From Mobula birostris (taxonomy: Eukaryota): a stretch of 64,000 nucleotides of DNA. The notes beneath the pieces were generated by a model. It saw only the letters and a program-made list of their open reading frames with translations, did not search any database and had not been told where the DNA came from. Below are positions 49,430 through 62,209 of this stretch, piece after piece. The translations under genes were made by a program, and so were the position numbers. The stretch spans positions 47,850,150 through 47,914,149 of the forward strand of contig NC_092379.1 in assembly GCF_030028105.1 (NCBI RefSeq), given 5' to 3'. Position 1 is the stretch's first letter. Each line of letters begins with the position of its first letter.

Positions 49430-50325
49430 TGATCTTCTTCACTGTCAAGAAGGCCCACCAGCGCCTTTACTTCCTGAGAAAACTAAAGAAATTTGGCCTG
49501 TCCCCTAAAGCCCTCACTAATTTTTATAGATACACCGTAGAAAGCATCCTTCTAGGGTGCATCACAACCTGGTATGGAAGTTGTCCTGTCCAAGACCGAA
49601 AGAAGCTGCAGAAGATCGTGAACACGGTGCAGCACATCACACAAACCAATCTTCCATCCTTGGTAATCATGAGGAATTCTGCAGATGCTGAAAATTCAAG
49701 CAACACACATCAAAGTTGCTGGTGAACGCAGCAGGCCAGGCAGCATCTCTAGGAAGAGGTACAGTCGATGTTTCGGGCCGAGACCCTTCGTCAGGACTAA
49801 CTGAAAGAAACGTCGTCTGTACCTCTTCCTAGAGATGCTACCTGGCCTGCTGCGTTCACCAGCAACTTTGATGTGTGTTGCTTCCGTCCGTAGACTCGCT
49901 TTACACCGCATGCTGTCGGAGCGGTGCTGCCAGGATAATCAAGGACACGACCCACCCAGCCAGCACACTTTTCGTCCCTCTTCCCTCCGGGAGAAGGCTC
50001 AGGAGCTTGAAGACTCGAACGGCCAGATTTGGGAACAGCTTCTTTCCAACTGTGATAAGACTGCTGAATGGATGCTGACCCGGATCTGGGCCGTACCCTC
50101 CAAATATCCGGACCTGCTGCTCGGTTTTTTTGCACTACCTTACTTCCCATTTTTCTATTTTCTATTTATGATTTATAATTTAAATTATTAATATTTATGA
50201 ATTTTTACTATTTTTAATATTTAATATTTGTAATCCAGGGAGCGGAAAGCACAGAATCAAATATCGCTGTGATGATTGTACATTCTAGTATAAATTGTTT
50301 GGCGACAATAAACTATAAAGTATAA
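49430..50325 (+). mobile_element. younger Rex1/Babar-type LINE 3' fragment, itself carrying a fold-back Penelope insert
   Basis: [18 protein letters not shown]...FYRYTVESILLGCITTWYGSC...LQKIVNT, then IIKDTTHP...LPSGRRLRSLKTRTARFGNSFFP; AATAAACTATAAAGTATAAG tail. Confidence 0.9.
49763..49798 (-). ncRNA. minimal type-I hammerhead ribozyme motif (best-preserved copy)
   Basis: AGUC-CUGACGA-A-GGGU(CUCG)GCCC-GAAA-C-AUC-GACU: complete core, stem I AGUC/GACU, stem II and a UH cleavage site. Confidence 0.7.
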
Positions 50326-52157
50326 GTATGTATCTTTGCTGTCCCGCTTTTCCAGGGTTGAGTGAAGACCCAGTGAGATGGCACCTGCTGTGATGTGTTC
50401 CTCTGGGACGCACATTGAAGCAGATCCAAGTGGCTTCTCAGGCAGGAGTTGAAATGTTTTATTATCAACCTCAAAACACTTCATCACTGTGGATGTAAGT
50501 GCTACTGGAGGACATTCATTGAGGCAATTTACCATGTTCTTCTTGGGCACTGGTATAATTGAAGCCTGCCTCAGATGGCCAAAGTGAGAGGTTAAAGATC
50601 TCAGTGAACATTGATCAGCACGGATTTTTACTACTAGGCCAGGTACCCTGTCTGTGCCTAATGCTTTTCATGGGTTCAGCCTCCTGAAAGCTGCTCGCAT
50701 GTCGGCTTCAGAGGCTGAAATCACAGGATCGCTGTGGGCTGTGGGAGTTCGCGATGGTTCTCCATGATTTGATGGTCAAAGCAAGCGTAGAAGGCATTGA
50801 GCTCATCAGGAAGTAGAGCCCTGCTGTTGCCTATGACACTTGATAAGAGGTGATAGTACTCAAGCCCAGCCACAACTGTCGAGTACCCTTTGCTGATTAA
50901 AGTTTGGACCAAAATTGCCACTTTGCCTGTGAGATGGCTTGCCGGAGATTGTACCTGGACCTCTTGTAACCTTCTTGGTCACCAGACTTGAATGCCTCTG
51001 ATCTGGCCCTCAACAGGTTGCAGACTCATGGTTCACCCATGGCTTCTGATTGGGGAAGACTGAATGATTTTGTGATGAGACACTTCTCGACAACAGATTT
51101 AATAAAGTCAGTGACAACATGGTGTATTCACTCAGATCCTCTGGTGAGACCTTGAACACGGCCCAGTCCACCAACTCAACTCAATCTCATAGCTGCTGTT
51201 CTGCCTCCCACAATCACCTCTTTGTTGTCCTCATCTCTGGAGCTTTGCTCTTTAGCCTGTGCCTGTATGCAGGTAGGAAAACGGCAGCCAAGTGATCAGG
51301 TTTACCAAAATGCGGTCAGAGCATGAAATGATCAGAGTTCCTTATCTTAGTTCAACAGTGGTCTAGTATGTTGGGACCTCTGGTGCTACAGGTTATATGC
51401 TGATAGTAATTGGGCAGGGTTTTCTTCAAACAAGAAGACTGTTACTTGTTTTGAGACAGCATCATGCAGAATCTCAAGCACTTCATTATAGTTGGCTGCT
51501 GGTGGTATGTAAACTGTGGTCAGGAATATAGAGAACTCACTGGGGAAATGGTATTTGACCGTTAAATGTTGGGGGGACATGAGTTGACAAAACTGCCACT
51601 TTGGAACACCACCAATACTTTAACATGAAATCTATACCTCCATCTTTTGCCTTTTCTGAATCAGCGTTTTGTTCCATTCTATAAATCGAGAAGCCTTCAG
51701 ATCAGATCACTGTATCTGGCATGCTAGAAGAAAGCCAAGTCTCACTCGAACATAGAGTACAACAATCTCTCATTTCCCTCCGATACAGAAATCTTGCCCT
51801 CAGGTTCTCAATTTTGTTCTCCAGCTACTGCAGATTTGCTAATAAGATGCTGGGTAGAGGGGACCTCATCCCTCTGCGTTTTAACCTGGCTTGGAGTCCC
51901 CCACCCCTGTCCTGCCAAGCTTCCAGCCATGGCGATGAACTTAAAGATGCCGTACCTGCTTGGTCTGCCAAGTCCTTCAGAAGATTGTGAAATCTGTATA
52001 TCGTTAAGTTGATTTAAAATTACATTGCCTAAAGGAAATTTTGCATGCTGCAGATTGCAGTAAGAGTAATTCAGAAGAGGTATGTTTAGAAGTATTGTAC
52101 GTAGCCCGCAGGACGTCGCCGTGGTTCACCGGCGCCATCTTGAAAGGCCCAGTTTGT

Positions 52158-52590
52158 GGCTACTACTACGTCGACTCAGGCCTAGGGGGCTGGCGTCAGG
52201 CACGATGACAGACTCTCCACTTCTCCCTCTCCCTCTCCCTCTCCCTCATCAGTGTGTTCAGTTCATCTATATTAGCCGCGCTGCTGTCTTCTAGGAGCGT
52301 GTTGACCATAGTCTTGGGAGGGAGCCCAGGGTTCATCCTCCCGTGCTTGGGCTCCCATATGATGACTAGGCTGGCAGGTAGCTCAGGGTGGCATAGACAG
52401 TGCCCCGCTAGTTGCAGTGTTCTTGACTCGATTTTAGTGGTGAGCATCAGTAGGTTGATGTAGAGCTCGACGTTCGTCATGTGCTGTTGCCAACTCACGT
52501 CAAGAACCATCCGGAGCATTCGTGTATAGCAACCATCTAGAGACTTTCACATCGTCTTGGTGAGTGTCCACGCCTCGCATCCGTTTGTGG
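52158..52590 (-). mobile_element. RTE-X/RTE LINE 3' end
   Basis: RMLRMVLDVSWQQHMTNVELY...LQLAGHCLCHPELPASLVIIWEPKHG; (GTA)n tail. Confidence 0.8.
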
Positions 52591-52794
52591 CTTCTGCACT
52601 ATAAGTTGCCAGTGTGTATGGTGGCTAACTTGACTCGTTAAAAATGTTTAATCCTACTACTCAGCTGTTCTCGTTCTGCACATATGTAACAAAAACCTCT
52701 GAATTACATGATAGTAAATAGAAATCTAGATAGTCTTTGATGTGAGGAAGAACAGTTGAAGATTGAGAGCAACAAACATAGTGCAAAATTGAGA

Positions 52795-52928
52795 CCTGAT
52801 GAAGGGTCTCAGCCCGAAACGTCGACTGTACCTCTTCCTATAGATGCTGCCTGGCCTGCTGTGTTCATCAGCATTTTTTATGTGTGCTGCTTGAGATTCC
52901 AGCATCTGCAGATTTCCTTGTGTTTGCA
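52795..52928 (+). mobile_element. isolated Penelope terminal repeat beginning at the hammerhead core
   Basis: C-CTGATGA-AGGGTCTCAGCCC-GAAAC-GTC-GACTG...GATGCTGCCTGGCCTGCTG...CCAGCATCTGCAGAT. Confidence 0.85.
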
Positions 52929-53299
52929 AAATTGTTTACTGGGCAGTAATGATCCCTGTCATCTTGTATGCTTCCGGGATAGGGGCTACTCACAGCAGGT
53001 TCCCCAAGCTCTGATGAAATACCATCTACATTATCCCCAACTGGCAGGTTAACCAATACTGGTGCTGCCCCCTTTCCTCCATTCCTCCCCACCAAAAGCC
53101 GGCAGATGGATCACGTCACGACAGCTCCAAGTTGCGTGACCCACTGAAAATGAGACTCCCAAAGCAGACCCTCTGTTCCTAACTCTGTCGTGGCAAGAGT
53201 TTACCTGATGTTGTTATAAACCTGTTCACTGCCTCAGGGAAATCCCAGTCTGAGGCTGATTCAAAATGATGAATCTATGCGTATGTGATTATTGGACAA

Positions 53300-53580
53300 T
53301 GGCAGCATAGCGGTTAGCACTTCACCTTACACGGCTCAGGGTCCAATTCCTGCCGCTGTCTGTAAGGAGTTTGTACGTTCCCCTTGTGACTGTGTGGTTT
53401 TGTCCAGGTGCTCTGGGTTCCTCCCATATTTCAAAGACAAGTGGTTAGGGTTAGTGCTAAAATGGCGTCAGAATCACGGCAAGACTTGTGGGATGCCCAG
53501 CACAATCTTTACTGTTTGATTTGATGCATTTCATTGTATGTCTTGATGTCCACTGGGCAAATAAAGTTCATCTTTCATCT
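53300..53580 (+). mobile_element. HE1-like SINE
   Basis: TAGCGGTTAGCAC...CTGTAAGGAGTTTGTACGTTCCCC...CCAGGTGCTCTGGGTTCCTCCCA. Confidence 0.7.
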
Positions 53581-55370
53581 CTAAAAATTCATATGACACG
53601 GCACTTCCCCATTTCCCTTTTGTGAAAGTGCACGTCCACTATAAATGACAGAAGGAGGGCCTCATCTGCTATATCACCCACCCACCCACTGTGTGGAGAA
53701 CCTCCTGCCCCACTTGTGACAGTCTGTAGGTCTCACATTGGCCTGAATATTCGACCGGAGAGCCCATAAACCGAGTATCTCAGCAAATCGTCATGAACTG
53801 AAAGGACAGCCTATACAGGCAAGAACATTAAGCACAGAAATGAGCTTTCTTTTTTGTTCCAATCCATTGCTAGCATTTATTCTCCGCTTGAACCTCTTCC
53901 AGCCGTTACTGTATCACGTCCTGTGTCTTTCTCCATACTTGCCTCCCCTTGAGTGCATTAGCAGTTCGTAATCGCCATTCTTTCAGATTCCCCGTTCAGT
54001 TTGCTGGTACAGGTTTGTATTTTTAACCTCGTCCACTCCTCCCTCCCTCCCTTCCCACCCACCCCGTTCCTGTGCTCAGTAAAACCTTTCATCATTTGAA
54101 ACCCTCCATTGGGGCATCTTGGAACTTTATCCTTGCGTGGGCTGGAAGGGAAAAGGAGACTTCATCTTCTCCATGTTTTGAAAAAATTCTGTAGATGTTG
54201 CATCATAATTTTCAAAAAACCTATTTGATTCTCTCCAAGTCCTCTTTATCCTTTCTGTAATATAATTACCAGATTGGTGCAGAGTACTTCTGAGTGTGGT
54301 TAGCCAAGGTTTGTATAGGTTTAGCAGAACTCGTCAATTATGTAGGAGGAAATTTGAGTGTTTTGGAAATCTTCATCCATATTGCTCCTCATGATCAGTA
54401 CTGTTGAATTATTTTGAATTGCCTATTAAACTTTGGATTCTTTTTACTATTTGGAAAATATGACCTTGCTTTGGAGAGGAATTGATACGGCATGGTAAGG
54501 ATTCCAGATGCACTTCACAATAGTATTATTAATTTGTGTTGATGGTAAGTGGCAGGAGGAGATTTCTTGGCAGTATGTTGCAGGAAAACAAGCCGGGATT
54601 TCGTGGGAATTCCAGTGCCTTTAGAACCTCAGCAATTGAAATGAGACTCATTTGGGGATTCAGTGCAAGCTGGCTCCCCCTGAGAGGGAGTGCTAATAGT
54701 GGGTGCAGGGGGTATGAGCGAGAGAGTGTTTCATTGCCAAATATGATTGAGGCTAGTCCCAAGGAAGACAGCTGCCTGTGTTGATTTATCATTTTCAACC
54801 TGTCCTGCACTCTGGAATGAGAGTCTGAAATGAGTGGTCACTGGGAAACACGTTTTCCCTCCTGCTATCTGCCCCATCACATTTCACTGTAATATTTCTC
54901 CTTTTTAGCACTGTTGCCACTGTTCAATTTTAATTTTTTTTCCCTGGTCTCTCATAATTGCCCGTCAGCCTTCTGTTTCTGTACAGTTCACCTCCCTATT
55001 TTTTTGACATTATTTATCCGGTATCTCTGTGTACATCTTTTCCAGAATACCGTTAAAACACATTCTTGTTTGAACACAGTATCGCCAATGGCTTTCTGTC
55101 ACTGAGTTCCAATCTCAGTCCATTGATATTGAGTTTCCCCTGGATTTAGCTCTGTTCCGTGCTCATGTGTGGTTCTCTGGGATTGCTCTGCCCCAGACAG
55201 GGGTTGAAAGGGTTAAACTCGTGTCTGAAAAGCCTCTGATACAGCAAGTCATCAGGGAGGCCAACACGTTATAGATTGCTAGATGATATGTGTCGGTGAT
55301 AAAGTTCAAAGTACATGTTGGCCTCCCTGATGGCTTGCTGTACCAGATACTTTATACAACCTTGGTACTA

Positions 55371-56263
55371 CAGTTGGTCCTTCTTATCTGCGAGGGATTG
55401 GTTCCGGGTCCCCTCGCAGATATCAAAAAACGCGGATGCTCAAGTCCCTTATTCAACCTGTCTGAACCCGGTGGACCTTAGGACCCAGCGGAACCCTGGA
55501 CCTCAGTGCGGTGGGCATTAGCACCCGGCGGCGGAGCTCTGAATTCGCAGTGTTTCTGTTCACGAAAATAATCACGATTGAAATTAAAGTGGAAACAATA
55601 AAGCGATCAGAAAGAGGTGAAACGCTATCTGTCATTGGAAAAGCGTTAGGCTACAGTTGGTCAACGATCGGAACAATTTTAAAGGATAAAATGAGAAAGC
55701 CCTGCCCGATTAAAGCGACAATTATTACTAAGCAACACAGTGGTTTATTCGGTTTTGGGGTTTTGGGTTTTTGGGTTTTTGATCCTTCACATCAACCCGG
55801 CACGGATGGAGAGCGCGCTTGGGAGCGGTCTGTCACTGGATCGAACTCTGGAACTTCCGTTCCCAAGCCCAGCGCTGAAACATGTGTTTCTTAAGTATTT
55901 TATATGCATAGAAAGGTAAAATACATACTAAGACAAACGTTTGACTAACTGACGCTAAATAATACCGGATGTACCTGTTCCGACTTATTTAGTAAGAGAA
56001 CTTCTGGTTTTTTATTGATCTCGATNNNNNNNNNNNNNNNNNNNNNNNNNNNNNNNNNNNNNNNNNNNNNNNNNNNNNNNNNNNNNNNNNNNNNNNNNNN
56101 NNNNNNNNNNNNNNNNNNNNNNNNNNNNNNNNNNNNNNNNNNNNNNNNNNNNNNNNNNNNNNNNCATGCTCGAACAAGCGCTGGAAGAGCACTTCCGGGT
56201 TTTCTTGATTTGCGGCTGGTTGAATTCGTGCATGCGGAGCTCACGGATAAGGAGGGCCGACTG
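55371..56263 (+). mobile_element. Tigger/pogo-like (Tc1-mariner) non-autonomous transposon spanning a gap
   Basis: TA TSDs; TIR CAGTTGGTCCTTCTTATCTGCGAG / CTCACGGATAAGGAGGGCCGACTG. CENP-B/psq-type HTH remnant KIITIEIKVETIKRSERGETLSVIGKALGYSWSTIGTILKDK. Confidence 0.9.
56026..56164. other. assembly gap (139 N)
   Basis: Run of N. Confidence 1.
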
Positions 56264-57211
56264 TATGTACAACCTTGAGATTCGACTCCTGACAGGCAGC
56301 CACAAAACAACCATGGAAAACATTTTTTTTAAAAAAATCATCAAACCCTCAATGTGCAGAAAAAAAAACAAATCTTGCAAATAACATTGGGAACTGAATT
56401 TCACGGAAGTGAGTTCACAGCCACAAAGCCAGTCATCACGGCAGCCGACCCAGGAGCCCGGTAGTTGCAGGGCACAGCCTCGGTTCAGCACAGAGACGAC
56501 TAAACCTCACAGGGCAGTGAGCTGAACTCCGGCCCTGACCCCCTGACCTTTCCAATTCAGCCCAGTGCTTAAATTGGCCTGACACCCAATCGTTCTTCAC
56601 TCTTGGGGCCTGGGCCTCGCCTCAGTTCTGCAGCTTCGAATCGGCTCCAAGTCCACTCCAGCAATGGCCAAACCTTGGCTCTTCCCCTGCACTCAGACTC
56701 GGTCCCAGGCCCTGCTGCCTCAATTTGACCTGTGCCCACCATGCCGCGCCTTGAAGACTTCAGTTGACACCGCAGATGCCAGGTCCTATAGGCGGTTCAA
56801 TAGCTCAGCTCTGAAAGGAAAGTTACAGGCTATTGATGGCAGTGATTGTTTACTGGAAAAAGTGTGAGTTAATAAATTAGTTAATGGTTTTGTTTGCTAC
56901 CAGTAAGTCATCACTGTGCTTCAGCAGCACCGTCTTTTTAGGCATTACCGAGGCATAAGATTCAGATTTATTTATCACATGGTCATCAAACCATCCAGTG
57001 AAATGAGTTTTCTGTGTTAACATCCAACAAGGGTGCACTGGGGGCAGACCGCGAGCGTCGCCACACATTCTAGGGCCAACACAACATGTCCACATGCTCG
57101 GCAGAACAACACAGAACACAACAACAGCAAAACCAGCCCCGTTTCTCTCTCGCCCACACACATAACTTCAACCCTACCCCCAGGACTGGCTGCCTCCAGT
57201 GGACTTGGATT

Positions 57212-57400
57212 CGCGTGTGGCCAAGTGGTTAAGGCGTCGGTCTAGTGATCTGAAGGTCGCGAGTTTGAGCCTCAGCTGAGGCAGCGTGTTGTGTCCTTGA
57301 GCAAGGCGCGTAACCACACATTGCTGCTGCATGTTAATAGCCCAGAGGCAGCGGTTGGTGCAGTATGGACAAGATATTGCGGGTTTGACTGCCCCAGTGG
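57212..57400 (+). mobile_element. tRNA-derived SINE with CORE-like central motif
   Basis: TGGCCAAGTGG A-box, GAGTTTGAGCC B-box, then GTGTCCTTGAGCAAGGCGCGTAACC. Confidence 0.75.
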
Positions 57401-58267
57401 ACACAGAGATGTGCAGATTCAGCACTCTGGGCAACAGGTCACGGCTTTGGACTTTGACAGGTGTCGAACAGTAAGCAGTCCAAGACTGATACATGGAATG
57501 GTGGGGTGGGCAGAATTTGATTTGAGGAAAATTTATATAGGCTAAGCTGTATCTGCTGAAGATTAGAGTTGGGAGATCCCGAGAGGTGTTGATATGGCTG
57601 GTGTTTTTACTTTTGGTTTGGGCCCTTAGTTCTCAAGTGGAGAATGGGCCATCGATGACCTCGCGTCTCCATCATCCTCTGAAGTCGATGGTACGATTGG
57701 GGTTCATCGCTGTTTCTGTAGTTGATTGCATCCACTGTACAGGGAGTTGGTCTACACAACCTCACCAGAGCCCTCTTGGCCGGCCTTACCCAATCCACCT
57801 CTCACCAGTAGGATTGGACTTTGAGTGGGTGTTGAGAAGGTATGATGAGGAGAATCTGGAAATTTGGGCCAGTTTTAATTACCCATTAAAGCTGGATGAT
57901 GAAATGCTGTTCTGATTTCCCTTCCTCCGCCCAAGGGGTGGAAGTGGAGGCTTTGAATTTTTTAACGGGAGAGACGGGTAGGTACTTGACAAGCAAGAGT
58001 GTAGGCAGGGTACCTCTGAGACTCTCCCCTTGGATCCTAGGCTCTCTTACTAATGGAAAGATCCTGTCCATATCCATTATTTAGATCTTTTAGTAATCTC
58101 TAGGTTTCAGTGAGATGTTCTTGCAGCTACTCTTCCCCTCCACCCCCCCCCACCAAATAGAAGTACAAGTACAGACACAGAGCCATCAAGCACTCTTCAT
58201 GCTAATTGTTGTGATCCTCCTCTGGGCCTCCTCCAGGGCCAGCATCTCTTCTTGGATATGGGGCTCA

Positions 58268-58948
58268 GAATTCAAAGGTTCATTTATTATCAAAGCATAT
58301 ACACAACTCTGAAATTTGTCTTCTCCAGGTAGCCACGAAACAAAGAAAGCCCCTGAAAGTTGATCAGAGAGCATCATCAACCCTCCAAGAATAACCCCTC
58401 CCCTGCACAAAAAAACTTAACAGAACATTGACCACCCTCCCCTCGCACAACAAAACACAAAAGGAATGGGTGATTGAAAAAAGCACCATGTCTGAGAAAG
58501 TCCACAATAATCCAATCCATAAACGCAGGGCCATGATCCTGTCCTACGATATCACCGACAGGGGCACCACACGAGGCAGAGAGACCTGCCTGCCTGCCTG
58601 CCACAGCAAGCCACACAAACTCTCACTCACCTCTGTATTCGCCCAGTCTTCCCCGACACTTTAGTTGGCAATTAATGGTCACCTTAAACGGTGAAATAGA
58701 GTCAGACATCGGCTCGCACCTCATCTGGAAGTTTATTTGCACTAGCCAAGTACACGCTCGCTTCCCCTAATCTTCCTGGAGCCAGCAAAATGCTGGATCA
58801 TTCCATCATCCTGCAGACTGTAAATCGCAGGCTCTAACATGTTTAAGGTGAAAACCAGATGTAAAAGAAGTGAAAAAAGCTATTTTCATTTGCTATCTGG
58901 ATGATGTCGACCGAGGGAACGGTCTGCGCTGGCACCATCTTGACCAGA
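58268..58948 (-). mobile_element. short non-autonomous Rex/Babar-derived element nested in CR1
   Basis: 5' CAAGATGGTGCC (cf. 52142) and a 3' AATAAATGAACCTTTGAA-type tail, with no RT between them. Confidence 0.55.
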
Positions 58949-60054
58949 AGTCACAAAACTGCCCAGAATATTGCAAGTGCCCTGCAGTCAATGTCTTCTA
59001 AAGTCCTGGCTGTACATCCGTGCTTTTACAGTACATCCCAGTGCTCTCGAAATGAATGCTAACACTACATTTGCCTTTCTCATCACCGAGCCAACCTACA
59101 AGTTAACCTTGAGGGGATCCAGAACGAGGACTCCCAAGTCCCTTTGCTCCTTCACTTTTTAATTCTCTCCACATTTAGCAAGTTCTTCCTGCCAAAGCAT
59201 ATAACTTTACACCTTCCTGCACTGTACTTCTGCTGCTTTTCCCATTTACCTTCTCACTCCAAGCCCTTCTGCATACACCCTACTTCCACCGCACTATCTG
59301 CCCTCTGCTTCTCTTCGTATTGCCTGCAAACTGACCACAAAGCCATCAGTTCCTTCATCCAGGTCATTAACATAAAGTGAAATGTTCTGGTTCTAACGCT
59401 GACCCCCTAAGTCACCAGCTCAGGTGTCTTGATTCCCACTCTCAGCCTTCTGCCAGTCAGCCTATCTATCCGTGCTAGTACCTTGCCTCTTGTCTTGTTG
59501 AGCAACCTTATGTGGCACTTGTGGAAGGTCTTCTGAAAAGCTCAGAGTCGACTGGCTCTGCGTAACATGATCATTAACTCCTCCATTCCAGCAGATATGA
59601 GAGACACGATCTCCCCAAAACAGTGTTAACTTTGCCCTGGTTTACCATACTTGTGAAATGTTGTCCTTAATGATGGACTCTAATCCCACCAGCCATAGTT
59701 TCCTTTCTTTTGTCAGCCTCTCTTCTTAAACATTGTGTAATATTTGCAATTTTCCAGTCGTCTGGAACCCTCCCTGACACCAGTGATTTTTGAACGATCA
59801 CCACTCATGCCTCCACAACCTCTTCAGCTCCCTCTTTCAGAACCCTAAGGCACAGTTGAGGGATCCACCTTCTCCTTAGTAATGACCACTGCACTCACCT
59901 CTGCCCCCTGACTCTTGAATTTCTGGTATATCGCTGGTGTCCTCCAATGTGAAGACTGACACATTTTCAGTTTCTTCATAGTCTTGTTCCCCCTTGCTAC
60001 TTCTCTGGCATCATTTTCAGCGATCCAGAGTCCATTCTTGCCTCGTACCCTTCT

Positions 60055-60650
60055 TGAATGCCCAACATTGATTGAGGAACTGCTTTGTGAAGCACCTTCG
60101 CTCCACCTGCAACAGGCAGGAACTCCCAGCGGACTACCGCTCCCATTCCCATTCTGACATGTTGGTCTATGACCTCCTCAACGGTCATGATGAAGCTACG
60201 TTCCGGGTAGCCTGACGGCATGAACATCAATTTCTCTAACTTCTGGTAATTCCTCTCTGTGCTCCTTTCTCTCTTTTCCCATTCTGGCTACCTCCTATCC
60301 CTTTCTCCTCACTCTGGTTCCCCTCCTCCTTCCTTTTCTCCTATCATTCACTCTCCTCTCCTATCAGATTCCTCCTTCAGCCTTTTCCTTTTCCATCTAT
60401 CACCTCTCAGCTTCTCACTTCATTTTCCCCCTCCCCCCATCTACCTTCCCCCTCACCTGGCTTCACCCATCACTTGCTAACATATTTCTTCCCCTCCCCC
60501 ATTTATTTCGGATTGTGTCCCCCGCCCTCCCCATCCCTCTTCCTTTCAGTTGTGATGAAGGGTCTTGGCCCAAAACATCAACTCTTTATTCCTCTCCGTA
60601 GATGCTGTCTGACCTGCTGATCTCCTTCTGCATTTTGCATGTGCTACTCT
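60055..60650 (+). mobile_element. Penelope-like 3' remnant nested in CR1
   Basis: GIY-YIG C-terminal DNA (CCTGACGGCATGAACATCAATTTCTCTAACTTC), pyrimidine tract, degenerate TGATGAAGGGTCTTGGCCCAAAACATC. Confidence 0.8.
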
Positions 60651-62209
60651 TTTTTTTTTTAAAAAAAACACCTTCTATCTTCTATATTATTGGCTAGTTT
60701 ACTCTCATTTTGTTTTTTTTTCTTCCGCCCCTTCCGTTGTGTTTTTAGCTTTTTTATATGCTTCCCACTGATCTTTGCCATATTGTTTACCTTCTCTCTT
60801 GTTTTTACTCCACTGTAATACTGTTACATTTGATTCAGCATCTCTCTCAAACTGCAGGGTGAACTCTATCATATTATGGTCACTGTCTCCTAAGTGTTCT
60901 TTCACCTAAAGCTCCCTGATCAATTCTGCCTCACTACCCTCTAAATTGAGAATTGTCTGTTCCCTGGTAGGCTGATCTAAAGAGAAATTTTGTAGATATT
61001 CCCAAATTCCTTTATCTCGGAGGTCCTCTACCAACCTGATATTCCCAATCTACCTGCATATTGAAGTCCCCCGTGATCACTGTAACATCGCTTCTCTTGC
61101 ATGTTTTTGCTGTCTCCTGTATTTTGTAACCCACATCCTGTACGTAATTCCTCCCATCAGGATCTTATTTTCAAACACGAGAAAATCTGCAAATGCTGGA
61201 AATCCAAAGCAATACACACAAAAGACAGGAGGAACTCAGCAGCTGAGGCAGCATCTATGGAAAAGACCGAGACCCTTCATCGGGACTTCTTACTTTTAGC
61301 AGTTCCTCAACTCTAAAGATTTGTACATCTTCTGATCCAATAATCACTCTTACCTGTTGATTTAATGTCCCTTTTACAACTAATGGGGTTATCTCCTCCC
61401 CACACCACCTATCTTTTTGCTAGCATGTATTGTTAAAATGTTTAACTCCCAGAAAGATCCTCTTTCAGCCACATCTCCATGATGCACACAATGTTGTACC
61501 TGTCAATTTCAGTCTGTGTTATAAACTGTGTGCATTCATACACCTTTAATCCTGTATTTGCAGCCTCCCTTCTCAAATGTTTCCTGAAGATGGATTCCTA
61601 ACCTTTCCAAACTTCCCATTGTATATTCTGGAGACATTTTAATAACCTCTCCTTCCCTTTCACTTTATCCAAACGGTTCCAATCTGTTAAACTCCCCTTA
61701 CCCTTTTAAGTTTAAGCCCTAATTCTGATATTTGTCAGGATTGTGGTCCCAGCCTGATACAGATGGGGCCCATCCCATTGGAGCAGCTCCTTCCTGTCCC
61801 AATATGGGTGGGAATGTCTGACACATTCAGCCCCATTTCTCCCACACCGGTCTTTCGGCCGCACGCTACTGCGTTACATTTTGTTGACTCTCTGCCAGTT
61901 GTGATGTATTTCAGGAAGTAATCCAGAGATCACCTTTTTATTGGTTCTGCTTTTCAAATTCAGTTCCCTGCTGCTCCCACTCTCCACTCCAAATATCCTG
62001 TGCAGGCCAGAGGAAGCCAGGCACCAGGCAGGCAACACAGCGATCAGAACTCTCAGTGCTGGCGAGAAAGGAATCTATCCCATCCCCAGTTACAACTACG
62101 TTTCTCTTCTCTCCCCTGCTGGAACGGCACTGTGAACTGCAGCACCCCACAGCCCTCGCACCCATCCACACAGAGCACAAGAATCTCAGACCAGTTAGAC
62201 AAGCTCAAA

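Larger units (their letters stand above)
48455..52142 (-). mobile_element. near-full-length decayed Rex1/Babar-type LINE, interrupted at ~49430-50325
   Basis: 5' end CAAGATGGCGCC at 52142. Endonuclease remnant [49 protein letters not shown]...[42 protein letters not shown]. Confidence 0.88.

Noticed and set aside
54601-54613. Overlapping RBPJ (CGTGGGAA) and NF-kB-like (GGGAATTCC) motifs
   Set aside because: A single short match is expected by chance in 64 kb, and no conservation data are available.
55750-55781. Telomere-like (T4G3-4)n run
   Set aside because: Only about four units, not TTAGGG, and internal to the Tigger-like element.
57212-57285. tRNA-Thr(AGT)-like sequence
   Set aside because: The acceptor stem is missing, the B-box is mutated and the sequence continues into a SINE core, so it is a SINE head rather than a tRNA gene.
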